The notes under the pieces are model-generated. The model did no database searches, was not told where the DNA came from, and was given only the letters and a program-made list of their open reading frames with translations. The position numbers and the translations under genes are program-made. 64,000 bases of DNA, taken from contig OZ240245.1 of assembly GCA_965198175.1 (NCBI GenBank), forward strand, positions 704,001 to 768,000, written 5' to 3'. Numbering within the stretch: the first letter of the stretch is position 1; each line of letters opens with the position of its first letter. Of the stretch, positions 48,218-59,736 are shown piece after piece. The DNA comes from Candidatus Poribacteria bacterium. Its GTDB lineage: Bacteria; Poribacteria; WGA-4E; PCPOR2b.

Positions 48218-51154
48218 CTACATGGGTGGACAGGCGCAAATCAGATTACGGTCTCCGAGTACCTCATTTATCCGCGCCACGGGGGGCCAAAATTTACGCT
48301 CGCAAGTCCACGCCGCAGGAAATGCTGCCTTTTCTCGAGAATATCTGTGAGTCCACTCTGTCTGCGTGACGTGTTTCGCAGTGTGGGGGGCATTTTTGAG
48401 TACATTGTCGGAGCGGTCTACTGTACCAGCCTCAATTTCGGCGATTTCTTGCCGGATAGCGATCAGCGCTTCGCCAAACCGATCCAATTCCGCCTTAGAC
48501 TCACTCTCAGTCGGTTCAATCATCATTGTTTCGGGAACGGGCCACGACACAGTAGGCGCGTGAAAACCGTAGTCCATCAGGCGTTTTGCAACGTCACTCA
48601 CACCAACACCGGTAGTTTTCTTGAAGTCACGAAGGTCAATGATACACTCGTGCCCCACCAAGCCTTTCTCTCCTTTGTAAAGTACTGAGTAATGCGGTTC
48701 AAGAGATTTCGCGACATAGTTCGCATTCACAATCGCAACTTCCGTTGCCCGCTTTAATCCTTGGGCTCCCATCATTGCAATGTATGCCCAAGAGATTGGA
48801 AGGATACTCGCACTACCCCAAGGCGCAGCTGAAATTGCACCTATACCATCTTCACCACCAACTGTCACCACGGGATGGGTTGGGAGAAAACGAACAAGAT
48901 GCGCCTCAACGCCGATAGGCCCCGCTCCAGGACCACCCCCGCCGTGAGGAATACAAAAAGTCTTGTGCAGATTCAAATGGCACACGTCTGGACCGAAATC
49001 TCCCGGACGAGACAGCCCCACCATTGCATTCATATTAGCCCCATCCATGTAGACCTGCCCACCGTGCTGATGAACGATGTCGCAAATGTCTCGAATCGGT
49101 TCTTCAAAAACTCCGTGGGTTGAAGGGTAAGTGATCATCGCTGCTGCAAGATTTCGATGGTGTTCCTCACTCTTCGCCCGAAGATTTGCAAGATCGATAT
49201 TGCCATCGGCATCGCACGTCACCACCACCACTCGCATTCCTGCCATCACTGCGCTTGCAGGGTTTGTGCCATGGGCAGATTCAGGAATCAAACAAACGTC
49301 TCGATGTCCTTCGCCCTGGCGCTGATGATATTTTCGGATGACCAAGAGTCCTGCGTACTCGCCCTGAGATCCCGCGTTGGGCTGTAGGGAGATACCGGGG
49401 AATCCTGTGATTTCGGAAAGCCACGCTTCAAGTTGCTTAAAGAGGATTTGGTATCCCTTCGCTTGTTCAAGCGGGGCAAACGGGTGAAGATGGCTGAACT
49501 CGGGCCAAGTGACCGGGAACATTTCAGCGGTTGCATTCAGTTTCATCGTGCAAGATCCGAGCGGAATCATCGACGTTGTCAAGGACAGATCTTTTTCCTG
49601 AAGCTTCTGGATGTACCGCAGCATCTCCGTCTCGGAATGATAGGTATTAAAAGTTCGATGGGTAAGATAGGGACTCTTTCGCCGTAATGGCTTAGGAATG
49701 TGGTGGAGATCCTGAGGTTTGATTGGGAACTTTGTGAATTGTATATCAATTAAATCTTCGACTTCGAAGGGAAGATTTTTTCCGAGTGCGAATACTTCGA
49801 GAAGATCTCGAACATCCCGAAGGGAGATTGCTTCATCGAGTGAAATACCGACATGCGTGCAATCAAGAACTCGAAAAGTAATCTGTTTTGCACGCGCTGC
49901 GGACAAAAGATCTTTGAGATTGACAGAATTCAGATTGACCCTGAGTGTATCAAAATAAGGGGTGTCACCGGCTGAGTATCCTAACCGCTTCAATCCTTCA
50001 CGGAGTGCGCCCGTAAGCAGATGTACGCGTTCTGCAATTCGCCGAAGTCCTTTGGGCCCATGATAAACAGCGTACATACTCGCCATCACTGCCAACAACA
50101 CTTGCGCCGTGCAGATATTGCTTGTTGCTTTTTCTCTCCGGATGTGCTGCTCCCGGGTCTGGAGTGCGAGACGAAGTGCAAGACGTCCTTCTGAATCCTC
50201 TGAAACCCCCACCATTCTGCCTGGTGTCTTACGCTTAAATTCTTCTTTGGTTGCGAAGTATGCTGCGTGAGGACCACCATATCCCATCGGTATGCCAAAC
50301 CGCTGGGTAGATCCGACAGCAATGTCCGCGCCGAATTCGCCTGGAGGCGTCAAAAGCGTAAGACTCAGCACATCTGCAGCCACTACCAACAATCCATTCG
50401 CATCGTGGACCCGTTGAGCAAAATCGGCATAGTCATAAACCACACCATCGCTTGCAGGGTATTGGACAAGCGCCCCCAAAATTGGCGCAGGTCCAAACGT
50501 AGCGTCCCGATGGTCGCCAATTAGGAGCTCAATCCCCTGAGGTTCCGCACGGGTCTGAAGGACAGAGATTGTTTGGGGGTGACACGTCTTTGAGACAAAA
50601 AATAGCCGCCTCGCATTGGGCTTTTGCACAGCAAGGCACATCCCCATCGCTTCAGCAGCTGCTGTACTTTCATCTAAAAGCGAGGCGTTCGCAATGGGGA
50701 GTCCGGTCAGGTCGATTACCATCGTCTGGAAGTTTAGCAAAGCTTCGAGTCGGCCTTGCGCAATCTCCGCCTGATATGGTGTGTACTGCGTGTACCACCC
50801 AGGATTTTCAAGGATGTTTCTCTGGATAACGAGTGGGGTAATGCTATTGTGATAGCCCATTCCGACAAAACATCGATACACCTCGTTCAGAGAAGCAATT
50901 TTTCTCAACGCCTCAAGGACTTCATACTCGGTCTGACTCTTACCGAGATTTAGAGATCGATTTAGACGGATATCCGCGGGTACAATATCTTCAATCAGAT
51001 TGTGGAGTGAAGCGTACCCAATCTTTTCTAGCATCAGATTTACTTCTTCCACACGAGGCCCAATATGGCGGTCAACAAAATTGTCTGTGAAATTGAGGCG
51101 TTGAATTGCCTGACACTCATCGGCATTTGAAGTAGAGGTCATCTCATACATCAC
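48218..51154 (-). CDS. gcvP: Glycine dehydrogenase (decarboxylating), P protein
   Basis: [38 protein letters not shown]. Confidence 0.98.
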   Translation of the reverse strand: MMYEMTSTSNADECQAIQRLNFTDNFVDRHIGPRVEEVNLMLEKIGYASLHNLIEDIVPADIRLNRSLNLGKSQTEYEVLEALRKIASLNEVYRCFVGMGYHNSITPLVIQRNILENPGWYTQYTPYQAEIAQGRLEALLNFQTMVIDLTGLPIANASLLDESTAAAEAMGMCLAVQKPNARRLFFVSKTCHPQTISVLQTRAEPQGIELLIGDHRDATFGPAPILGALVQYPASDGVVYDYADFAQRVHDANGLLVVAADVLSLTLLTPPGEFGADIAVGSTQRFGIPMGYGGPHAAYFATKEEFKRKTPGRMVGVSEDSEGRLALRLALQTREQHIRREKATSNICTAQVLLAVMASMYAVYHGPKGLRRIAERVHLLTGALREGLKRLGYSAGDTPYFDTLRVNLNSVNLKDLLSAARAKQITFRVLDCTHVGISLDEAISLRDVRDLLEVFALGKNLPFEVEDLIDIQFTKFPIKPQDLHHIPKPLRRKSPYLTHRTFNTYHSETEMLRYIQKLQEKDLSLTTSMIPLGSCTMKLNATAEMFPVTWPEFSHLHPFAPLEQAKGYQILFKQLEAWLSEITGFPGISLQPNAGSQGEYAGLLVIRKYHQRQGEGHRDVCLIPESAHGTNPASAVMAGMRVVVVTCDADGNIDLANLRAKSEEHHRNLAAAMITYPSTHGVFEEPIRDICDIVHQHGGQVYMDGANMNAMVGLSRPGDFGPDVCHLNLHKTFCIPHGGGGPGAGPIGVEAHLVRFLPTHPVVTVGGEDGIGAISAAPWGSASILPISWAYIAMMGAQGLKRATEVAIVNANYVAKSLEPHYSVLYKGEKGLVGHECIIDLRDFKKTTGVGVSDVAKRLMDYGFHAPTVSWPVPETMMIEPTESESKAELDRFGEALIAIRQEIAEIEAGTVDRSDNVLKNAPHTAKHVTQTEWTHRYSREKAAFPAAWTCERKFWPPVARINEVLGDRNLICACPPM

Positions 51155-51552
51155 TCTCTCTCCCCTTCGACCAGTGTCCGGTATTCATTAGGGGACAGGA
51201 GGTTTTCCAACTCGTCCGGATTGCTCATCCAAATCTTAATCAGCCAACCTAAGCTGTAAGGGTATTCGTTTATTAACTCCGGCGCATTTTCGAGTTCTTC
51301 ATTCACCTCAATAATTTCGCCGCTGACCGGTGTACAGAGATTAAATGCTGCTTTAACGGATTCAATGACACCAAACTCCTTTTCCGAATCTGCGACTACA
51401 CCGACCTCTGGAAGCTCAACGTAGACGACGTCTTGGAGTTCTTCTTGTGCGTAGTCACTAATGCCGACAATGACAATATCGCCTTCGCGCCTTGCCCATT
51501 CGTGGGTCTCGCGGTATTTTAGGTCTTCCGGATATTTTTGTTCCTCTGACAT
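51151..51552 (-). CDS. gcvH: Glycine cleavage H protein
   Basis: HEW, GISDYAQ, lipoyl site ESVKA. Confidence 0.97.
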   Translation of the reverse strand: MSEEQKYPEDLKYRETHEWARREGDIVIVGISDYAQEELQDVVYVELPEVGVVADSEKEFGVIESVKAAFNLCTPVSGEIIEVNEELENAPELINEYPYSLGWLIKIWMSNPDELENLLSPNEYRTLVEGERE

Positions 51553-51561
51553 CTTAACTCC

Positions 51562-52659
51562 TCAATCAGGTTGATAAAACGGGGTACGTACAACCTTCGC
51601 CGGATAGCGTTTCCCTCGGATTTCGATATCGATTCTCGTGTTAATTTTGCTTTGCTCGATTGGAAGATACGCAAGCCCAATATTGCATTTCAAACTCGGC
51701 GATGGCAGTCCACTTGTGACTGCCCCGATGTGTTGGTTTTTGTGATAAACCGGGTAGTGAGGGCGTGCAACACTGCGATTCAACATCTGAAACCCAACCA
51801 AGCGGCGTTTAATTCCTTCATTACGTTGCTTAATTAGCGCATCTCGACCTATGAAATCCCTCTTGTCGAAGGAGATTGTCCAATCTAATCCCGCCTCCAG
51901 CGGCGTTGTCGTCTCGTTGATGTCGTTTCCGTACAAACAATACTTCATCTCAAGGCGCAATGTGTCCCTCGCGCCCAATCCAACGGGTTTACCACCAATC
52001 CTAGCCATTGCTTCATAGATGGCATTCCACAAATCTGCACCGCAACCGGTCTTCGCATAAAGCTCGAAACCAACCTCACCTGTATACCCTGTCCGTGAAA
52101 TAATCGTCGGTATACCAGCAACTTCTCCTTCTGTGAACCAGAAGTATTTGAGCGTCGTGAGTTCGATATTGGTAAGCTTTCGGAGAACTTTCGGAGCGTT
52201 TCGTCCTTGCAGCGCAATAAGAACAGTTTCATTGCTTCGGTTCTCAATTTCTGCACCGGTGTCATTGTGATCGCATATCCACTCAAAATCCACCCCAATG
52301 TTCGAAGCATTGACAACAAGCATATACCGATCAGCCCGGAAACGATAGATTACTACATCATCAACAATACCGCCGGTGCCATTACACATCGGGGTATAGA
52401 GAATCCGCCCATCAAAGAGTTTGCGTTCTGCGTCATTGGTGATGAGTTTCTGAATCAGCGGCAAGGCGCCAGCACCTCGAATTTCAATCTCTCCCATGTG
52501 TGAAAGATCGAATATTCCCATGTTGGATCTGACTGTTAAGTGTTCATCAATTATGCCACTATATTGGACGGGCATCTCCCAACCACCAAATTCAATTAGC
52601 CTCACGCCAAGTTGTTTGTGAATGTGGTAGAGCGGTGTGCGTTTCAGGCTTTCTTGCAT
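51562..52659 (-). CDS. gcvT: Aminomethyltransferase, glycine cleavage T protein
   Basis: FGGWEMPVQY, DLSHMGE, RTGYTGE, GLGARDTLRLE. Confidence 0.98.
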   Translation of the reverse strand: MQESLKRTPLYHIHKQLGVRLIEFGGWEMPVQYSGIIDEHLTVRSNMGIFDLSHMGEIEIRGAGALPLIQKLITNDAERKLFDGRILYTPMCNGTGGIVDDVVIYRFRADRYMLVVNASNIGVDFEWICDHNDTGAEIENRSNETVLIALQGRNAPKVLRKLTNIELTTLKYFWFTEGEVAGIPTIISRTGYTGEVGFELYAKTGCGADLWNAIYEAMARIGGKPVGLGARDTLRLEMKYCLYGNDINETTTPLEAGLDWTISFDKRDFIGRDALIKQRNEGIKRRLVGFQMLNRSVARPHYPVYHKNQHIGAVTSGLPSPSLKCNIGLAYLPIEQSKINTRIDIEIRGKRYPAKVVRTPFYQPD

Positions 52660-53214
52660 AATGTGTTGAGCTTAGAAAAAAAACGAAATCTTCTCCAGAG
52701 CCTATTTGAAAAGTCCATATCCGTCTTCGAGAGAGGCTATTCTGGGGAAAATGCCCTGAAAATCCGATGATTTTCATCTGTACCTATCCAAACGGTGCTT
52801 AGGTCCGCGGGGTGAGGAATTGCGCATCCCAAAGCACGCAGGACAATCTTTATTGTTCGATAACTTCCTGATTTTGCAGTTCTGGTTGTCTGTAGGTCAA
52901 GATAACGACAACCTTCCCGCCCGCTTCATCTTCAAAGATTAATTACTTTGCTAAATCCAGCTTCCATTCTTGTGACGAAAAAGTCTTGAAACAGGACTCA
53001 AAGTTACCGTACCGAAAAATCTCCTTTTATACGTGAATCGGGCATTTTGATGTCGATGTTTGACACTTCTGTCAGCGTTTCTTCAGGCAGCCGGAAAATC
53101 TGTTCCTCACGGAACTCGGTGATTGTGACTGTTTCAATAGGTTGAATCAACGCCCCCATTTGACTCGCGCCTTGCAGTTTCAGTCAAAATACAGGTTCGT
53201 GGCATTGATTATCA

Positions 53215-54249
53215 CTACTCCTTGGCAATAAGTTCGGCTTGCGTAGAATTGACGACGGTTGCGTTTTCGTGCAGGTAGCCTTGATAAACTTCGTAAGCCC
53301 CCCTTGCATCAGATTCTGTTTCATACTGGATGACAAATGCGATCATCGCGTGGGACCAATCTGGAGTGGAGGATTTCTGAGGATACATCGCCGAAACGCC
53401 GGAAGAGTTCGCTCCGAATTTTAGCACATTCTCAGGAAGGAAGCGATAAGTCTCTCTTAACAGCGAGTCAGATAGGAAGTATTTCGCGCTATACCGCACT
53501 TGATTGCTTTGGGGAAGTAACTTCAGTAGGAGCGGGTTTGGGTCTGGTGCATCTTTGATGTGGTTGGCAATCACTCTGGCAAGCACCTTCATGCCGTCTT
53601 TAATCGCACTGGCAAACTCATATCCTTCAATCTGTATGAAGTATTTCCCCTTACAAAATGTGAGCTGATCGCCCGAGAGGATTGCTTTGCTACCGACCCA
53701 CTCGTGCCGATCTTGGGGGTAGCGATCAAAGCTATAGCGTCCAAAGGCATTCTCCGGTGTTTCCATGTCGAAGATCTCCACCAGGATCAGGGGTTTCGAT
53801 CCAAGCTTGGGGGTTTGATACTCAACATTTGCCCCTTCGACAAATCCATAGGAATGATACAATCCAGCGTTTCCACCGATGACATCTTTATACAGATGTT
53901 GACCCGTATAGGTACTCGGTTCCCGTGAGCGCACCCAATCGGCTGCTTCCCCATTTTTTGGCAAGAGATTTTTTGATTTGACGATTGTGATTATTGGAAG
54001 CCGCTTAATTTGGGGAGATTCTACCGCGCATGCAGTCGCGATTTGGCGTGAGAGGTTCTCTGCCGCTTTGGCCGTATGGGCATGCCAAACTCCATAAAGG
54101 TAGTGGCCGTTATGATTGACTGCTGTGTAATTGCCCTGGTCTGCACGGCATGAGAGAAAGATTAATGCGTAAACGGTATGAAAAAACCAGAGATACTGCC
54201 ACCGCTTTCCCATTCGTGGATTTCCGCATTTCCGCTCACAATTTACCAC
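53215..54249 (-). CDS. DUF6599-like exported protein (true start may be at 54213)
   Basis: GGNAGLYHSYGF...VEIFDMETPENAFG motif; lipobox-like FLSC. Confidence 0.55.
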   Translation of the reverse strand: MVNCERKCGNPRMGKRWQYLWFFHTVYALIFLSCRADQGNYTAVNHNGHYLYGVWHAHTAKAAENLSRQIATACAVESPQIKRLPIITIVKSKNLLPKNGEAADWVRSREPSTYTGQHLYKDVIGGNAGLYHSYGFVEGANVEYQTPKLGSKPLILVEIFDMETPENAFGRYSFDRYPQDRHEWVGSKAILSGDQLTFCKGKYFIQIEGYEFASAIKDGMKVLARVIANHIKDAPDPNPLLLKLLPQSNQVRYSAKYFLSDSLLRETYRFLPENVLKFGANSSGVSAMYPQKSSTPDWSHAMIAFVIQYETESDARGAYEVYQGYLHENATVVNSTQAELIAKE

Positions 54250-54782
54250 TGTTCAGCGAGCTGATTGTAAAGATCGTCAGTTAGTTCTCGAATAAGGCGT
54301 GTCGTTGCTTCCTCACGAGTCTCCGGTTCCTCACCTGTGACTGAAGCAATATAGTAGTCGTGAACTTGTATATAATTCTCCTGACGATCGATAATTCTGT
54401 TTTGTATGCGATCTCGAAATTCATATTCAATCTGTAAACTCATACGTAACTGTTCCGGATTGTTGTTGACATCATACTGAATCGGTTCCAGGTCGTAGTC
54501 GAGTATAACCAAATCAAGTTGTGCATCGTTTCCGTCGCGCCATTTCTGGTTAAACCGATCCCTGAGTTTCTCGGTAATGATTTCATCGTAGGTTGTTCCT
54601 GAATTCGCGTCATAAGAGAAGTCTGGATCTTCAATAGTAATCAGTGGAATATTAAGGGTCTTTATATGTTCAAGATAGGAGGATGTTGACACATAGCCGC
54701 AACCGAAGGTGAAATGGGTCAAAATTAATAGCACGAAAAACTGAACAAAGCGAGAAATAAAAGGTTGTTCTTTTTCAGGCAT
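54243..54782 (-). CDS. LptE-like lipoprotein
   Basis: Start reassigned to MPEKEQ; lipobox FGCGY; size and ending (..LAEQW) fit LptE-like proteins. Confidence 0.6.
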   Translation of the reverse strand: MPEKEQPFISRFVQFFVLLILTHFTFGCGYVSTSSYLEHIKTLNIPLITIEDPDFSYDANSGTTYDEIITEKLRDRFNQKWRDGNDAQLDLVILDYDLEPIQYDVNNNPEQLRMSLQIEYEFRDRIQNRIIDRQENYIQVHDYYIASVTGEEPETREEATTRLIRELTDDLYNQLAEQW

Positions 54783-54843
54783 CTGATGTGTACCTGCCTT
54801 GTAATTTCTACGTAGGAGAGCAAGAAGATGGGTGAGAGATGAG

Positions 54844-55119
54844 CTATGAAAGGCGAAGTGAGAAAGTTGGCACAAGTGCCGCTTTCTCACTTTCCCACAT
54901 TCCGATTGGACGTGGACGGGTAGGAACGGTTTTTTTTCTATGTAGTAACTGCTTCACATGATGCAGTAGCTGTTCTGCATATCGGACGATCGAATCTTTA
55001 TACCTCAAGGACAGCACAAAGATTGCAATTAACAGAATCAATACAAAGATTAAGAAATGGGTCAACCATTTCTGATCCAGCAAATCTCTTTTTGTCCGAA
55101 TCGGTCTGCTTGCTTGCAT
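54844..55119 (-). CDS. Hypothetical single-TM protein
   Basis: 91 aa with one strongly hydrophobic segment; same orientation as the operon. Confidence 0.4.
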   Translation of the reverse strand: MQASRPIRTKRDLLDQKWLTHFLIFVLILLIAIFVLSLRYKDSIVRYAEQLLHHVKQLLHRKKTVPTRPRPIGMWESEKAALVPTFSLRLS

Positions 55120-55198
55120 CTAACACGGCTTTCATCAAGTATGTGTATAGACATTAGGGTTAGGATTGGATAATACCCAATTGCCCAAGCCATAATGC

Positions 55199-57427
55199 CT
55201 AAACCCGCCCCTTTGGAATTCTGGGTGGTCCCCGTCGCTGTGACTCACGTGGATTTTCGTTGCGTCCATTCCGATTGTTACGGGAATCACGTTGTCCCCC
55301 CCGACGGCTGCGCGACGAACTCCGGTCCGGCGGACTTGATTCGACCGACGACCCATCATTTGCCATTTTTAAATCGACACGACCTTGTTGATCAATTGTC
55401 AAAACGCTCACGGTGACTTCGTCACCAACGTTCATCACATCTTCAACCTGTCGGACGTAACCATCGCCCATTTGTGAAATATGAATAAGACCGTCTTGAC
55501 CAGGCAGAATTTCAACAAAAGCGCCAAACGACGTTGTCCGAATCACTTTCCCAGCATACTCTTTACCGATTTCAGGAACAGCCGTCACAGCAAGAATCCT
55601 GTCTTCCGCTTTTTTGGCAGCTTCCGCACTAGTTGATGCCACCTCAACTTTTCCATCATCTTCCACATTAATTGTCACCCCCGTTTCTTCTTGAATTCCC
55701 TGGATAACTTTGCCGCGGGGGCCAATCAAATCCTTAATCTTGGCTGGTGAAATTTGAAGGTAGTAAATTCGTGGCGCATACGGGGAAAGTTCTTCTCGCG
55801 GTTCAACAATAACTTCGCTCATTTTGTCGAGGACGATTAGGCGGGCTTCCCTAGCCTGATGTATAGCCTTTCGCATTAACTCCGGCGTCACTCCGTCAAT
55901 CTTAATGTCCATCTGAACAGCAGTCACGCCACCCTTGGTACCTGCCACCTTAAAATCCATATCCCCAAGAAAATCTTCGGCGCCAAGCATGTCTGTCAAA
56001 ATAATCTCCTGATCCTCTTCCTTGATCAAGCCCACGCCAACTCCAGCAACCGGTTTTTTGATTGGCACACCGGCATCCATCAACGCTAAGGTTGCACCAC
56101 ATACAGTTGCCATTGAGGACGAGGCGTTCGATTCAAGAATATCTGCCACGACGCGGACGGTATATGCAAATTCCTCCTTCGAGGGGATTACAGGTTCAAG
56201 AGCTCTTTGCGCGAGTGCGCCATGACCAATTTCTCTTCGCCCCGGGCCCATCATTCGTTTCACCTCGCCAGTGCTGAATGGCGGGAAATTATAGTGTAAA
56301 AAGAACGGACGGCTGATTTCCCCTATGAGCCCCCGTTCCACATCAGCATCCCCTGAAGTACCCAGCGTTACAACACAAAGCGCCTGGGTTTGCCCGCGAG
56401 TGAACAGTGACGAACCGTGTACTCGGGGAAGAAGAGATACTTCTCCCGTGATTTGACGAATATCTTTAGTTCCTCGTCCATCGGCACGTTTGCCTTCATC
56501 CAAGATAGAGCGGCGCATCTCCTCTTTTTCAATTACGCTCAGTATGTAGATGGCGTTTTCCGTTACGACACTGTCTGGTTCCTCGCTTTCATCGTCGAGG
56601 ATTTCTGAAAGAACATCCTCCTGCACCTGTTCAAGGTAATCCTCGCGATTCTGTTTATTGGTCATGCCAATCGACGCACGGATTTTTGCTGTAGCGAGAT
56701 TCCGAATTTGCGCATTCAGTTCCTCATCAATCTCCTCTGTCTCGTACTCACGCGGGGGCTTTCCACATAGTGCAACCAAACCCTCCTGAAGTTTGATAAT
56801 TTCTTTGATTTTTTCATGGGCAAAAACGATTGCATCAATGATTTCATCTTCTGGGAGTTCGTGAGCCCCGCCTTCAACAGACATAACCGCGTTTGTGTTG
56901 CCGCTCACAAAGAGTTCTAGCTCAGATGCTTCCAATTCTTCATAGGTTGGGTTAATGACAAATCTGCCATCCAGTTTTCCTACTGTAACCGCTCCGACCG
57001 GACCATTAAACGGTATATCCGAGATGCTCAACGCAGCCGATGTCCCAATCAAAGCTGGAACATCCGCTGGGTGAATCTGGTCTGAAGAAAGTACCGTCGC
57101 TAAAATCTGGACTTCCGGTTTAAAATCTTTCGGAAAAAGCGGGCGAATACAATGATCTGCCAAACGTGCAACCAAGCGTTCCCGCATACCAGGACGCGGT
57201 TCCCGTCTTCCATAGACATTTGGAATCTTCCCTGCAGCATAGGCTCTCTCACGATAGTCAACGGTTAAAGGAAAGAAATCAAGGTTACTTTTCTTTTTTT
57301 CGGCAACGGCGGTTACTAAAACAACCGTTCCGCCATATTGCACCCAAGCAGCGCCATCCGCTTGTTTCGCGGCCTTCCCTGTCTCGATTGACAGTTTTTC
57401 CTCTCCAAGTTGCATCTCTACCTTCAT
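55199..57427 (-). CDS. pnp: Polyribonucleotide nucleotidyltransferase
   Basis: FFPLTVDY, RREIGHG, GDMDFKVAG, KH and S1 domains. Confidence 0.98.
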   Translation of the reverse strand: MKVEMQLGEEKLSIETGKAAKQADGAAWVQYGGTVVLVTAVAEKKKSNLDFFPLTVDYRERAYAAGKIPNVYGRREPRPGMRERLVARLADHCIRPLFPKDFKPEVQILATVLSSDQIHPADVPALIGTSAALSISDIPFNGPVGAVTVGKLDGRFVINPTYEELEASELELFVSGNTNAVMSVEGGAHELPEDEIIDAIVFAHEKIKEIIKLQEGLVALCGKPPREYETEEIDEELNAQIRNLATAKIRASIGMTNKQNREDYLEQVQEDVLSEILDDESEEPDSVVTENAIYILSVIEKEEMRRSILDEGKRADGRGTKDIRQITGEVSLLPRVHGSSLFTRGQTQALCVVTLGTSGDADVERGLIGEISRPFFLHYNFPPFSTGEVKRMMGPGRREIGHGALAQRALEPVIPSKEEFAYTVRVVADILESNASSSMATVCGATLALMDAGVPIKKPVAGVGVGLIKEEDQEIILTDMLGAEDFLGDMDFKVAGTKGGVTAVQMDIKIDGVTPELMRKAIHQAREARLIVLDKMSEVIVEPREELSPYAPRIYYLQISPAKIKDLIGPRGKVIQGIQEETGVTINVEDDGKVEVASTSAEAAKKAEDRILAVTAVPEIGKEYAGKVIRTTSFGAFVEILPGQDGLIHISQMGDGYVRQVEDVMNVGDEVTVSVLTIDQQGRVDLKMANDGSSVESSPPDRSSSRSRRGGQRDSRNNRNGRNENPRESQRRGPPRIPKGRV

Positions 57428-57464
57428 AATCTTCTTCCTCCTCAAAAAGTCCTACGGTGGACTG

Positions 57465-57755
57465 CTAGCTTTTCCTTAAAGTGATCGTGTCCCGAATTCC
57501 CAATTGCTTGATGAGATTGCGGTACCGCCGAACATCCTCTTTGTAAAGATAACGTAATAAACGACGCTGTTTTCCCACAAGCTTATAAAGCCCATATCTC
57601 GAATGATGGTCTTTGTTGTGATTGCGGAAATGCTCCGTCAACTCTCGGATACGGGTATTGATAATTGCAACTTGTACTTCGGCCGAACCCGTATCACTAT
57701 CGTGCAACCTATATGCTTCGATGAGTTCTTTTTTCCTTTCAGACTCAAGTGCCAC
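57465..57755 (-). CDS. rpsO: 30S ribosomal protein S15
   Basis: [16 protein letters not shown]. Confidence 0.98.
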   Translation of the reverse strand: MALESERKKELIEAYRLHDSDTGSAEVQVAIINTRIRELTEHFRNHNKDHHSRYGLYKLVGKQRRLLRYLYKEDVRRYRNLIKQLGIRDTITLRKS

Positions 57756-57871
57756 TCCAATTCACCTCCTTTAGGCACATTCCCTCAAAAAGCTTCTCCC
57801 TGAAGGTTAATATACCATAAACCAGATCGTTTTGTAAATCAACTTTTTCAAGTTAGTTGTAAGCACCACGG

Positions 57872-58807
57872 TCAATTTTCCCGCCCTTGTTTAAGAATCG
57901 TCTGAGTCGTGACGATGTCTTGCTGAATTTGATGCACTAAAGCTCCTTGATTTGGAAACGTACGCTCATCACGAATTTTTTCGACAAAGAAAATTTCGAT
58001 TTCTTTATCGTAAAACATGTCCTCAACACCGAATAGATGGCTTTCAATCTGGAACTTCACCCCATCAAACGTTGGCCTCATTCCCATGTTCAGTACCCCA
58101 TCAAACATGCGTTTCCCTAATTTAGCTTGGATTGCGTAAACGCCATTCGGAGGTAGCATCTTATCGCCCGCGTTGATGTTGGCGGTTGGGAACCCAAGTT
58201 CGCGTCCGCGGCCTGCCCCTATTATCACTTCACCAAGAATCGAGTACCGGCGCCCTAGTAACTGCGCTGCCAGATCAAGTTCACCTGTTGCGATCGCTGC
58301 ACGGATGCGAGTACTATGAACAGGTAGTCCATGCAACTCAGTCGGCCCAACGACTTCCACACCAAACTCATATTGGGATCCAAGTTGCCGTAAACCCTCC
58401 ACATTGCCGGTTCGTCCATTGCCGAACTGCCATTCATAACCAATGACCACCTGTTTGGCCTGCAATTGCCCTAGTAGGACCTGGCGTACAAATTGATCAG
58501 GAGACATCCTTTGCAGGTTGGCATCGAAACGGGCAAAAACCAAAGTATCAACACCGAGTCGTTGCAGTATTTCAATTCTCTTCGAGATAGCTGTCAAGGT
58601 TGGAGGGCACTTTTCGGGAGCAAGAAAAGCTAGCGGAGGCGGATGGAACGCAAGAACAAGACTCGATAGCTTGGACTTTGCCGCTTGTGTTAATACCTGC
58701 TGAATGACAGCTTGATGTCCGATGTGTAATCCGTCGAACACACCAACAGTGACAACAGATACATGACAAAACTTAGACGCTGCTTCTAGATTGTGGAAAA
58801 TTTCCAA
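57872..58807 (-). CDS. ribF: Bifunctional riboflavin kinase/FAD synthetase
   Basis: GVFDGLHIGH, GRELGFPTAN, IESH. Confidence 0.96.
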   Translation of the reverse strand: MEIFHNLEAASKFCHVSVVTVGVFDGLHIGHQAVIQQVLTQAAKSKLSSLVLAFHPPPLAFLAPEKCPPTLTAISKRIEILQRLGVDTLVFARFDANLQRMSPDQFVRQVLLGQLQAKQVVIGYEWQFGNGRTGNVEGLRQLGSQYEFGVEVVGPTELHGLPVHSTRIRAAIATGELDLAAQLLGRRYSILGEVIIGAGRGRELGFPTANINAGDKMLPPNGVYAIQAKLGKRMFDGVLNMGMRPTFDGVKFQIESHLFGVEDMFYDKEIEIFFVEKIRDERTFPNQGALVHQIQQDIVTTQTILKQGREN

Positions 58808-58911
58808 AAGTCAATCTCCAAGTTCTGACGCATTTCGGGGTGCGAAGACAACATCGTACCATCTTCAATTGTAACCGTTCAAGACGACTATGAAATAACA
58901 AATATATTGGA

Positions 58912-59652
58912 TTAAAACGCACTTTTTATCTTCAATGGGAAACGGCGATTCAGCGCTTCAATAACATCCTCAATCAGCATAACAGCCTGATGAGCAAAGT
59001 CGGGATTGCTTTCAAGACTGTCAAGAGAATGAGAATCGCCGATTTTGAATATTCCAGATTGGGTACGGGTTAGCTGTGAAAGATAAGCACCGCAGACCAG
59101 CGCAGAACCAATATCTGCTACAAGTGACCGGATATATGTCCCTTTTGAGCAAACGACTCTGAATCGAACTTCTGGTATTTTGATTGATAGAATCTCAAAC
59201 GATTTAATGAGCACTTTTTTTCTAGGTAAGTTCTCCACTTCGATTCCTTGACGTGCTAGTTTGTACAGCCGTTTACCCTTAAGTTTCGCAGCAGAAAATA
59301 TTGGAACAACTTGTTCAATTTCTCCGATAAACTGTTGGGAAACAGTGTGAATTTGATCGAAAGCAACCCCCCTTACGTCCGCTGTGCTGAGAATTCGTCC
59401 ACTTGAATCAAGGGTATCTGTCGTGATACCTAATGCCAGTGTGCCTTCGTACTCCTTTGTACCAAGCTGTAGCGATTCAAACAACTTTGTCCCATTCCCC
59501 AAACAAATAAGCAGAACGCCTGTGGCATCTGGATCTAGCGTTCCCCCATGTCCAGCCTTCCGGACATTGAACAAGTGTTTAATCCGATCAACTGCTTGCC
59601 TTGAAGTCATTTTGGCAGGTTTATTCAGGTTGAGAACGCCATCAATCCGCAT
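58912..59652 (-). CDS. truB: tRNA pseudouridine(55) synthase
   Basis: KAGHGGTLDP, CSKGTYIRSL. Confidence 0.96.
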   Translation of the reverse strand: MRIDGVLNLNKPAKMTSRQAVDRIKHLFNVRKAGHGGTLDPDATGVLLICLGNGTKLFESLQLGTKEYEGTLALGITTDTLDSSGRILSTADVRGVAFDQIHTVSQQFIGEIEQVVPIFSAAKLKGKRLYKLARQGIEVENLPRKKVLIKSFEILSIKIPEVRFRVVCSKGTYIRSLVADIGSALVCGAYLSQLTRTQSGIFKIGDSHSLDSLESNPDFAHQAVMLIEDVIEALNRRFPLKIKSAF

Positions 59653-59736
59653 GGTGGAACGATAGAAGATTATCAGACAAACCGTGATGTGTGATGTGCA
59701 TACAAGTGTCTGAGCTTGGCATCAGGGGCAATACGG

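Noticed and set aside
52660..53210. Glycine riboswitch upstream of gcvT
   Set aside because: Only fragments (TTCAGG, CTCTGGAGA on the minus strand) are present; the GCCGAAG/ACCGAAG core and tandem aptamer layout are not visible. The region may hold a decayed ORF instead. An Rfam RF00504 search would settle it.
59280..59320. TruB motif reads VPIFSA instead of PPxYSA
   Set aside because: Phe at this position occurs in other TruB proteins and the catalytic Asp motif is intact.
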